Source: a virus (taxonomy: Duplodnaviria > Caudoviricetes). From it: a stretch of 64,000 bases of DNA. How positions within the stretch are numbered: position 1 is the first letter of the stretch; every line of letters starts with the position of its first letter. Below the pieces are notes generated by a model. That model worked only from the letters and a program-made list of their open reading frames with translations, made no database searches and had not been told where the DNA came from. Location of the stretch: positions 4,410-68,409 of IMG/VR virus record IMGVR_UViG_3300033067_001097; one strand, given 5' to 3'. The position numbers and the translations under genes were made by a program. Shown here piece by piece: positions 28,237-35,923 of the stretch.

Positions 28237-28577
28237 ACGAAAGAATGGGATCGTGTCCATGTCCTTGGTGTTGGAAAATGGCTGAGGTAGATTTTCTTAA
28301 TAATACTTTTAAATGTTATAATTGCAATCGTAATAGCATATTCAAAAATGTAACTGATCTTCGACGAAAATGTAGAATACTAAAAGACAGACATAAATCT
28401 GTTTTAACTGAATTAGATTCAAATAAAAATTGTCCGTTCTGTGGGTCTAAATCAAGTTTGTGTTTTAATGACCATTGGCTTTGGGAAATAGGATGTAGTA
28501 AAGAAGGTCCTTTTTGCAGTATGCAGGAATTCGATACTTTAGAAGAGGCTGTTGCAGCCTGGAACGCAAGGACTTGA
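28233..28577 (+). CDS. Double Zn-ribbon protein, C-terminal Lar-like domain
   Basis: CPWC..CYNC and CPFCG...C...C...EEAVAAWNAR. Confidence 0.72.
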   Translation: MNERMGSCPCPWCWKMAEVDFLNNTFKCYNCNRNSIFKNVTDLRRKCRILKDRHKSVLTELDSNKNCPFCGSKSSLCFNDHWLWEIGCSKEGPFCSMQEFDTLEEAVAAWNART

Positions 28578-28579
28578 TT

Positions 28580-28762
28580 ATGAAGTACTCAAAGTTTGTC
28601 CCGAAGTGGGCAAAGAATCAAGATCTAGATGAACCAGAGTTTGTTCCGCATGGATCATCCTATCCAGATGAAGAACTGCCTCCAGTTGTTCGACATATGT
28701 CAACAGAAAAAATTCTACGGGCGAAATCAGCAGCTAGACTATTTAAAAATAGGATTTATTAA
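28580..28762 (+). CDS. Hypothetical protein
   Basis: AAGGA upstream; start trimmed. Confidence 0.5.
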   Translation: MKYSKFVPKWAKNQDLDEPEFVPHGSSYPDEELPPVVRHMSTEKILRAKSAARLFKNRIY

Positions 28763-28995
28763 TGACACTACAAGAGTATCAGGCAGTCAAGATTCGGTGG
28801 GAAAAGGCGAAGCTGAATCAGGCAAGGATTGAAGGTGAGCTAAAGAATCTGAAAGAGACTGCCAAGCGACTCTATCAGGTTAACTCACTCAAGGAACTTG
28901 AAGAAAAGACAAAAGCTACATCAGAACTTGTGACAAAGCTCGATCAGGAAATCGAAGAAGCATTGGAAGAAATCGAACAGTTAATGGGAGTATAG
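28762..28995 (+). CDS. Small coiled-coil protein (possible third SbcC fragment)
   Basis: Heptad-rich 77 aa lying between the SbcC halves. Confidence 0.6.
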   Translation: MTLQEYQAVKIRWEKAKLNQARIEGELKNLKETAKRLYQVNSLKELEEKTKATSELVTKLDQEIEEALEEIEQLMGV

Positions 28996-28996
28996 T

Positions 28997-29323
28997 ATGA
29001 GCGACAAATGGGTGTTTGATGATTATGGATATGAAAAGCCAAGGCCGGAAAGTAGTGTTGAAGTAATAGACACTAAAGAAGGTCAAAGCTTAGTTGTTAA
29101 TGTTGAAGGTGAAAAAGTGATGGAAATTTCCGCTGACTTGGATCAGTGGGGAACTTGGATTACCTTTTCTATACAAGAGAGATTTACAGTAGCTCAGGAA
29201 GGGGACACACGTTCCTTTATCGATGCTCTTATCAAAGGATTGACTGCAATCAAGCCTCTTTGTGATTGCGGGCCACCGATCGAAGCTACTTACGTTAAAA
29301 CTGAAGCTGCGATTCCGACATGA
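28997..29323 (+). CDS. Hypothetical protein
   Basis: GGAG upstream. Confidence 0.6.
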   Translation: MSDKWVFDDYGYEKPRPESSVEVIDTKEGQSLVVNVEGEKVMEISADLDQWGTWITFSIQERFTVAQEGDTRSFIDALIKGLTAIKPLCDCGPPIEATYVKTEAAIPT

Positions 29324-29910
29324 ATATCTTAGATAGGTTTGAGAAAGCTAAAGTAGAATACGAGTACAATAAAAAGAAACTCGTAGAACTTCGCGAAGAA
29401 AAGTCTGCCCTTATTCAAAAGGCAGCAGACATTGAACAAGCCCAGATCTTGTTTCAGAAGACAGCGGCGATTATTCAAAAAGAAGTTCATAGTAAGATAT
29501 CTACTTTAGTAACTCGCTGTATGAAAGCCATCTTTGATGATGACTTTGAATTCATCATCAACTTTGAGCAGAAGCGAGGAAAAACTGAAGCTGAATTGAT
29601 AATCAAGAAACAAGGGAACGAGGAAGATCCTTTGTTTGGTTCTGGTGGTGAATTAGACGTTGCTTCATTTGCATTACGGCTTTCCGCCTTGCTTTTGCAG
29701 CAACCACCACTTAGAAGGATACTTATCCTGGATGAACCTTTTCGTTGCGTGGACGCGGCGAAACGTCCACGGCTAAGAAAGTTGCTGGAAGCTCTCAGTA
29801 CTGAGTTAGACATTCAAATAATAATGATCACTCACGACAAGAACTTTCACATAGGTAAAGTTATTACAATAGGAGAATCAGATGTTGGTGTTGACTCAGA
29901 AAGAGATTGA
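29320..29910 (+). CDS. sbcC: SbcC/Rad50 C-terminal half
   Basis: Signature GSGGE, Walker B LILDEPF, H-loop MITH. Confidence 0.88.
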   Translation: MNILDRFEKAKVEYEYNKKKLVELREEKSALIQKAADIEQAQILFQKTAAIIQKEVHSKISTLVTRCMKAIFDDDFEFIINFEQKRGKTEAELIIKKQGNEEDPLFGSGGELDVASFALRLSALLLQQPPLRRILILDEPFRCVDAAKRPRLRKLLEALSTELDIQIIMITHDKNFHIGKVITIGESDVGVDSERD

Positions 29911-30211
29911 AGCAGCGATTGCGGAGAAGACTGCGTTAACTGGTAAGCAAGTGAAGGCAGTCCTCCAGGAACTTCAGACAATCATTACGAAAGAAGTCCT
30001 GAAGAAGTCCGGACATGAGATCAAGCTGAAAGGCTTCTTGAAAATCAAGACAAAGAAGCGGCCAGCAGTAAAGGGAGGAAAGAAAAAGATGAACCCACTG
30101 ACCAAGCAAGAGTACGTCACCAAGGATTCTCCAGCGTCCTTAAAACTTTCGATTCGACCGCTTGGCAGTTTTGCAAAAGAACTCAAGTCTTACAATTTGA
30201 ATAATTTTTAA
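29882..30211 (+). CDS. HU/IHF-like DNA-binding protein
   Basis: IAEKTALTGKQVKAVL...KLKGFLKI...RPA...NPLTKQE. Confidence 0.85.
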   Translation: MLVLTQKEIEAAIAEKTALTGKQVKAVLQELQTIITKEVLKKSGHEIKLKGFLKIKTKKRPAVKGGKKKMNPLTKQEYVTKDSPASLKLSIRPLGSFAKELKSYNLNNF

Positions 30212-30222
30212 GAATTTGAGTA

Positions 30223-30250
30223 TTGTCAGTTGCGGTTGATCTGCTATAAT
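30223..30250 (+). promoter_or_regulatory. Sigma70-type promoter TTGTCA-N16-TATAAT with extended -10 (TGn)
   Basis: Directly upstream of the RNA cluster. Confidence 0.75.
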
Positions 30251-30260
30251 GATGGTAACA

Positions 30261-30407
30261 GGGCTGTGATTCTTTCGGAACTCGGATTCACAGTTCGGTT
30301 CCCAGCTGGCTTACTCGTTGTAGGCCAGCACATGCTTGGAGAGACGGAAGGCGTCATTGAAATAGACTCCGAACTATTTCAATCAGGTTCGATTCCTGCT
30401 CCGGGCC
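30261..30407 (+). ncRNA. Unannotated structured RNA: two hairpins followed by an aberrant tRNA-like cloverleaf
   Basis: Hairpins 30261-30296 and 30305-30329; cloverleaf 30334-30407 with CAGG-TTCGATT-CCTG T arm. Confidence 0.55.
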
Positions 30408-30413
30408 TAAGAT

Positions 30414-30488
30414 CGCAGGATAGAGAAGCGGTCAATCTCGCCAGGCTCATAACCTGGAGAACGTGCGGTTCGAATCCCACTCCTGCAA
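30414..30488 (+). tRNA. tRNA-fMet(CAT), CCA not encoded
   Basis: C1:A72 mismatch, A11:U24, CCAGG-CTCATAA-CCTGG; bulged C in T stem. Confidence 0.85.
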
Positions 30489-30517
30489 CTCGCTCAGTAA
30501 CTTGAAAGGATTAAGCT

Positions 30518-30799
30518 ATGAAGAAGTTTGGAACGTTACTTGCTCTGGCAGCTCTGATTGGTTTTGCAGATCAGGCTCAAGCCTTCGGACGTCATTGTCG
30601 CAAACACCGTGGCTCTTCTTCGAGCTGCCAATCTGCTCAAACCGTTTCCAGCTGCGGAAACCAAACTGCTCCGACTCAAACTGTTTCTGCTCCGGTTCAA
30701 CAGGCGTCCTATGTTCAAACGGTTGCTGTTCCGGTTATCAATTTCAATTCTGGCTCTACTGGCGGTTGCGTGAATGGAGTTTGCCCCATTCGTCGCTAG
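30518..30799 (+). CDS. Secreted Cys/Ser/Gln-rich small protein with signal peptide
   Basis: MKKFGTLLALAALIGFADQAQA|FGRHC...GGCVNGVCPIRR; GAAAGGA RBS. Confidence 0.75.
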   Translation: MKKFGTLLALAALIGFADQAQAFGRHCRKHRGSSSSCQSAQTVSSCGNQTAPTQTVSAPVQQASYVQTVAVPVINFNSGSTGGCVNGVCPIRR

Positions 30800-30995
30800 T
30801 GGTTCAATGTTAAGAACTTTGCTGCATTTCCAATCCTGCCTGGAAGTCTCTAAAGCAAAGGGTCTTAAGTTGAGTTGTGCTTGTGTGATCGTGGGGCTAT
30901 CCTCAACAGGTTCCATGCACTCCACGGTAATGGCTCCAATGCAAACCCCTTGTTAGGATCGTGTTCTAACAAGGGGTTTATCAATTGAGGAACTT

Positions 30996-31169
30996 ATGAT
31001 AAAAAGTAATAGAACTGCTCTGTGTCCTGCTTGTGGGTTTGAACAACACTTTTCAAGAGATTCGATCACAGAAGAACCTGTGAAGTTGTTCTGTGAGAGG
31101 TGTGACAAAGAGTTCATGGCAATGAAGAAAATAGTCACTGAATATTCAAGTTGGAACATCGGTGAGTAA
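30996..31169 (+). CDS. Small Zn-ribbon protein (57 aa, not in ORF track)
   Basis: GAGGA RBS; CPACG...CERC. Confidence 0.65.
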   Translation: MIKSNRTALCPACGFEQHFSRDSITEEPVKLFCERCDKEFMAMKKIVTEYSSWNIGE

Positions 31170-31188
31170 CATCCATTTTCGGATGTTG

Positions 31189-31226
31189 GGAAGGGAAAGT
31201 TACTCGGACTTCCCTTCCTTTTATTT
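31189..31226 (+). terminator. Intrinsic terminator at the convergence of the two arms
   Basis: GGAAGGGAA(A)GT/ACTTCCCTTCC then TTTTATTT. Confidence 0.75.
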
Positions 31227-32682
31227 AACACCAACCAACATATCCAGGAGTAGCCGCAGATACATTCGAATGAAACTCAGGTCCAAGATCAACTCCAAAT
31301 TTCTTACCTAACTCTCTTCCTACCTTTTCGCCTTCCGCTTCTCGCTGATAATAATTATCATGCCAGAACAAATGCTCATATGTTTTATATCTATCTGGTC
31401 CGAAGAAGTTTGGCCCAACAGCTTCCCCGGCCATGTGATTTATAACCAGTTTCCCGATCAGATTCTCCGCAGCATCTGGCCATCGTTCCCTTGGAATATG
31501 ATTTAATGCATTGATCCATGTTGGAACATGCATAAAGATAATTTCTGACCTTGATGGAAAGTGAGTTCTATTCTTTCCGTACCAACAAATATGCATTCCA
31601 GTTTGCTTATCCATAGCATGCATGAAATTACAAGTTTCCTGGAACCAGCTTGGCTTTGTGATAAAAGCTCGCATGCTCAATTTAACAAGATATTCAAAAT
31701 TGTTTTTCTTGGCCCAAGCTAACCCATTGTGGAAAGCGGAAAGGTCCCCGCCAGAGTGTAGGAGCCTCTGGTTCTCGTTACTTATTCTCAGATTAATTGT
31801 GCTTGATTCTAATACGTCAAGTAGCTCCAGATACCGGTTTTGTCCAACCTCGGGAGATTCAGTTTTATGATGAGCAAACCACGTGTGATCGTCATTAACC
31901 AGCATGGGCAAGCCCCCTAGTAACTGCTGATTCAGAGCATGCTGCATTCGGATCGCTCCGGGCATTCCGAAGTGGCCGATAACGATTCCCAGCTTGTGGC
32001 CAGCATGAAGCTGTTCCTTGTGAATGTGCCTGTGAGCCCGAATCACATTTGCTCGACTGGGAGCTCCTGCGAAGTGCTTGATGCCTCTGCACTCGCGGAA
32101 GTCATCCCGGTTGTCAGTGGCCCAAATCATTACATCGTTTCTATTAAATTTAAATACATCATTCCCAGCTCTTTGATGCATCCTATGTCGGAGATAATCT
32201 TGCTCCGCACAATGATGTTTTGGAAAGTTATTATTGAAATGAGGATAATCTAATATAGATTTCCACTTCTTGGGAATGATCATAACTCCAGTGTTGTAAT
32301 GTGGAGTCTCTTCAGCTTCTATTGCATTGTATTCACTAATAAGAGCTTTTAATCCTTTAGTCAAAAGATACCTATTCCCGGCATCAGTTTCAAAAGACTC
32401 TTCGCGGATCCCAATCCTGTCTTCCGGAACCAGTTTGAAAATATCAACACTCTCTGGACCAAACAAAACATCAGCATCTGCAAAACAGATCCGATCATAC
32501 TTATCAAAGAATTGTGTGATCTTGCATTTGGTCAGTAAGGGATGTTTGGAGTCTGGTAGTTCCCGAAACACGATGAAATCTACGCCGCATTGCTTGGCGT
32601 AGATCTCCATGCTCTCTCGGGTTTGCTCAAAGATCTGCTCGGCTTCGAAACCAAATACCCAAGTAATCAGTGCATTAGCCAT
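31225..32682 (-). CDS. Two-domain glycosyltransferase (GT8-like + second GT-A-like domain)
   Basis: FADADV, YNTGVM, EQDYL, KHFAG; then VIGHFG...VNDD...LVKLS. Confidence 0.72.
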   Translation of the reverse strand: MANALITWVFGFEAEQIFEQTRESMEIYAKQCGVDFIVFRELPDSKHPLLTKCKITQFFDKYDRICFADADVLFGPESVDIFKLVPEDRIGIREESFETDAGNRYLLTKGLKALISEYNAIEAEETPHYNTGVMIIPKKWKSILDYPHFNNNFPKHHCAEQDYLRHRMHQRAGNDVFKFNRNDVMIWATDNRDDFRECRGIKHFAGAPSRANVIRAHRHIHKEQLHAGHKLGIVIGHFGMPGAIRMQHALNQQLLGGLPMLVNDDHTWFAHHKTESPEVGQNRYLELLDVLESSTINLRISNENQRLLHSGGDLSAFHNGLAWAKKNNFEYLVKLSMRAFITKPSWFQETCNFMHAMDKQTGMHICWYGKNRTHFPSRSEIIFMHVPTWINALNHIPRERWPDAAENLIGKLVINHMAGEAVGPNFFGPDRYKTYEHLFWHDNYYQREAEGEKVGRELGKKFGVDLGPEFHSNVSAATPGYVGWC

Positions 32683-33053
32683 TAGAATTTACGACCTGAG
32701 TCTTCGTATAAGGTACAAGTTTGACAGTATTCTCCCGGGACTGCCGGAAGACCATGTTCACAGCCATGCTTGCATCGCCAGCCACCACAGCCGTGTTTAT
32801 ACTCTACGCGGTTTTCCAAGAACTCACAGCGGTTCGGTCGGACGATCGGCAACTTGATCGGTACCGTCAGAGTAACTGCAACAGGAGCGTTCAAAAAGTT
32901 ATTGTTTTCAGATACTTGGATCTTGCTGTTTTGATACTCTGCGCGCCAAAGGTCTTGATAATATTTACATAAGTTTGGATGAAGTCCCCTGCCGTTCCAA
33001 ACCTCCCATTGGAACGTAGTAAGCTCTCTATTTAATTCTTCTACATAAATCAT
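32682..33053 (-). CDS. Cys-rich hypothetical protein
   Basis: C-terminal C/H cluster. Confidence 0.6.
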   Translation of the reverse strand: MIYVEELNRELTTFQWEVWNGRGLHPNLCKYYQDLWRAEYQNSKIQVSENNNFLNAPVAVTLTVPIKLPIVRPNRCEFLENRVEYKHGCGGWRCKHGCEHGLPAVPGEYCQTCTLYEDSGRKF

Positions 33054-33517
33054 GGAGTTATCTCAATCTTGAAAGTTCCGATTACTGTAGGGCTGCCTGT
33101 GTCACTCTGAGGACAGCATAAAGAATCTCCATTCACTCCCGACCAGATCAAATCAACCGGATTAAATAGAAGGTCAACTGGTGAGCATACATAAGATGTA
33201 TGATAAGAGAAAAAACTAAGATCTGCACCAAATGAAAAGAATATCTGAAATTTATAAACTCCGCCACCCACATCTAGACAGTTCAGAGAACCGATCATCG
33301 GAAAACAAGCACCTGTTGAAGATGTGACGTTCCAGATACTACCACCTGTATGGGTCATTGTGAACGTCGTGCCGTCCATGGCTGTGCAAGAACCAGTTAA
33401 TCTTGTAATAGTACCATGTAATGTTGACGGAAAAAATACAGTATCACATGGGCATCCTACCGCACCGCAGCACGCTGAGCAATCTCCGCTGGTTGTAATA
33501 GTCGATGACCAAGTCAT
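33050..33517 (-). CDS. Cys-rich putative tail-tip protein
   Basis: CSACCGAVGCPC N-terminus; Thr/Gly-rich beta strands. Confidence 0.55.
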   Translation of the reverse strand: MTWSSTITTSGDCSACCGAVGCPCDTVFFPSTLHGTITRLTGSCTAMDGTTFTMTHTGGSIWNVTSSTGACFPMIGSLNCLDVGGGVYKFQIFFSFGADLSFFSYHTSYVCSPVDLLFNPVDLIWSGVNGDSLCCPQSDTGSPTVIGTFKIEITP

Positions 33518-33879
33518 TAATCAATCTCTTGAAGATCTACAGTCTTTCCAGCAAGCTCATGAGTACAATCTGATAGAAATTGAATCTTTCCGTCAGTCAC
33601 ATACAAATGACAAACTCCACATTTAAACGGAGAAGGTTTTCCGTACTTCGCTTCGAATGTACACCAACATCCCATTTCCGGTTTGTGGTTGCTCATGCTA
33701 CACCCAGACCTTATCAGCAAAGACGGTTTGAATGTAGGAAATTCAAGATTCCCATTGAATGACCAGGTAGGTCGAGTAGTTCCCGTCTCAGTATTGAACG
33801 AATGATTCTCTTGGCATCCAGGACAGAAAAACATATAACCAATAATTTTATGTTCTTTGTTATACATAGGCACTAACAT
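33517..33879 (-). CDS. DUF6527-like Zn-binding protein
   Basis: CPGCQENH...WSFNG..PTFKPSLL...CHLYVTDGKIQFLSDCTH. Confidence 0.75.
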   Translation of the reverse strand: MLVPMYNKEHKIIGYMFFCPGCQENHSFNTETGTTRPTWSFNGNLEFPTFKPSLLIRSGCSMSNHKPEMGCWCTFEAKYGKPSPFKCGVCHLYVTDGKIQFLSDCTHELAGKTVDLQEID

Positions 33880-33889
33880 CAGTTATATC

Positions 33890-34660
33890 CTAGTACTGTT
33901 TTTTTTGAGTGCTTGGGGCTGCTGTACCCACTATACTCGGCGGACCGAAAGGCGGAGTACTCCGACCGTTCCAATTACTGCCCATTGGAGCAGCAGTAGA
34001 CTCCAAGTGCCATACCAAAAGCTCGGGAATCAAAACTCGTTTCTGACGATCCCATTGTAGCGAATGCTGTTCGTCAGTCCGTGCTGCTGTACCGTGTTGG
34101 ATCGGATAAAGCTTCGCAGGCATGCCATGAATAACTTGAGTAGGACCATGCCACAATTGGAAGAATCCAATCGGAGAGTAGCCATACTCTCGCTTGATTA
34201 CGCGAGCTCCAACTTTTGTGTACGGACGGTCCAGCTCAATACACCAAGGGCTTGATCGAGCACGCAGAGGAGTAGATTTAACCTTCTGCCAGTTTTCCCA
34301 TCCAGTCACATTCAGCCGATCACATCCATAGATGCAATTTTCATTTAAGTGTGTATCATTAAGTACATCTTTGAAATCAAGAGGAAGTGCAATGTCTGCA
34401 TCAATATGGCAAAGCCATCCATCGCCACGAACACAAGCCAGCCCACGATTGATAGAACGTGCTTTGTTAAAGCCGCCGTCTCTATCAAAATCATCAGTCA
34501 TAATCAAATCACAAGAATACTGCTTTGCTAAGTCAATAGTTTCATGGTCATTGGGACGTGTGACCACAATCCATCGATCGAAGTGGGGACGGTTATACTG
34601 AGCAGTTTCGCGAAACTCTCCACCGTAGTTTACGCAAATAGTAACAGCTTCAATCTTCAT
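33890..34660 (-). CDS. GT2-like (GT-A) glycosyltransferase
   Basis: TICVNY, FNKARSINRGL, CHIDADI. Confidence 0.75.
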   Translation of the reverse strand: MKIEAVTICVNYGGEFRETAQYNRPHFDRWIVVTRPNDHETIDLAKQYSCDLIMTDDFDRDGGFNKARSINRGLACVRGDGWLCHIDADIALPLDFKDVLNDTHLNENCIYGCDRLNVTGWENWQKVKSTPLRARSSPWCIELDRPYTKVGARVIKREYGYSPIGFFQLWHGPTQVIHGMPAKLYPIQHGTAARTDEQHSLQWDRQKRVLIPELLVWHLESTAAPMGSNWNGRSTPPFGPPSIVGTAAPSTQKKQY

Positions 34661-34685
34661 AAAAGTAAATCACCTTTTCTAAAAA

Positions 34686-35414
34686 TTAAGGACAGGCTGT
34701 ATTGCCTGAAAGGTCTGCCGTAACTGTTTGGCCAGGAACAGACACCGTACCAGAAATCGCACAAGAGCCAGCAGTTCCGCTGATTGTTCCAGACTGACCA
34801 GGAATAACAACGTTGACTGTTCCGTGAAGCGGGAAAGGCCCAAGAGGAACACTATGGCTACTAGGAGTGATAATTAAAAGCATTCCAATGCTTTCATCGT
34901 CAATCAAATAATATGTTGCTCTTGTAATACCTAAAGTACAACCAGAAGCTGAAGTATCCACCTGCCCTGTCCAGGAAACAGAGCTGATTGGCGGATGATC
35001 CGGAATGTTACCACTTCCATAGCCATAACCAACCGGAGGGGTGTAAACGACGGTATAGACTGGAAGCCCTGCCCCAGTAATTGGATCTGTATGCCATGTT
35101 GTAAACTTCCCTAAGTACCGACTTCCTGTGAGTAAAGGTTCGTCATTAATAGCTTCGACTAAAACAGTTACAGTAGGATCATAATAAGTACTATCTGTAT
35201 ACTTATTATCAGTCTGTTGATCAGGGTAAGTAGGATTTCTAAAAGTAACGGTTCCTGGATAGAAGTAACCGTTCTTGCTGCCAGTCACGAGTACGAAAAG
35301 TTCTTCTTCAGCATAAACACGGTTTTCAGGACCGTAATTAGGGCTTAATTCAATCTTTTCAATCTTCCGGATCCCCCGGAAGATTCTATCCATTGTGTAC
35401 TGTGAAATAGCCAT
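34686..35414 (-). CDS. Putative tail-tip/fibre protein
   Basis: Position after tail genes; T/G/S-rich C-terminus. Confidence 0.5.
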   Translation of the reverse strand: MAISQYTMDRIFRGIRKIEKIELSPNYGPENRVYAEEELFVLVTGSKNGYFYPGTVTFRNPTYPDQQTDNKYTDSTYYDPTVTVLVEAINDEPLLTGSRYLGKFTTWHTDPITGAGLPVYTVVYTPPVGYGYGSGNIPDHPPISSVSWTGQVDTSASGCTLGITRATYYLIDDESIGMLLIITPSSHSVPLGPFPLHGTVNVVIPGQSGTISGTAGSCAISGTVSVPGQTVTADLSGNTACP

Positions 35415-35416
35415 AA

Positions 35417-35920
35417 TTAGGTAGGACTTTCGCTGGTATAAAGCATTACCGTCAAACCTTGTCCGATCGTTCCACCGCCAGCAGTTGCAGTTACATTCAC
35501 TTCGTAAACATCACCAGAACTATAAGTAGAACTTGAAAATGTTCCAACTACAGAAGTAAAGGCGGTCACTGAGTTATTCAGTGTGATCAATCCAGAAAGA
35601 ACTGTCGTTCCATTTCTTAAAAGATCAATTGTAACTGTTGCAGCTCCAACACAGGGAACGGCCAAAGCTGCAAAGAATAAGATAACCGATCCAGCTCCAA
35701 TTCCAATATGGAAACCGGTTCTTTCGGAAACTACGGCAGTTCCATACTTTTGAGCATACTTAATCGCTCTTTGCTGCTGGAGTTTACTATACTGAATAGG
35801 TCCGGCACTTGCAGCAACTTGGTTATCTCCTACGCAGTTTGCCGGAAGTGACAAGCTGTTAGCTCGTAAGTTTCCTGCAACATAAAAATCACCATCAATC
35901 GTATTATTTACACCAGCCAT
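35417..35920 (-). CDS. Putative tail protein
   Basis: Position; beta-sandwich-like composition. Confidence 0.5.
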   Translation of the reverse strand: MAGVNNTIDGDFYVAGNLRANSLSLPANCVGDNQVAASAGPIQYSKLQQQRAIKYAQKYGTAVVSERTGFHIGIGAGSVILFFAALAVPCVGAATVTIDLLRNGTTVLSGLITLNNSVTAFTSVVGTFSSSTYSSGDVYEVNVTATAGGGTIGQGLTVMLYTSESPT

Positions 35921-35923
35921 TGC

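Noticed and set aside
30261-30344. HDV-like/theta ribozyme topology (7-bp P1, P2 30271-76/30339-44, 3-bp P3, 7-nt L3, GG, P4)
   Set aside because: L3 starts with A rather than the conserved U, J4/2 (CTTG) lacks the conserved adenines, and no tRNA lies at the would-be cleavage site. Kept only as an alternative fold.
30260-30410. tmRNA (GGGCTG...GATTC start plus T arm)
   Set aside because: Only ~150 nt, no contiguous acceptor with G3:U70, no tag reading frame.
30953-31234. 93-aa minus-strand ORF from the track
   Set aside because: The overlapping + strand 57-aa Zn-ribbon ORF with an RBS is the better call.
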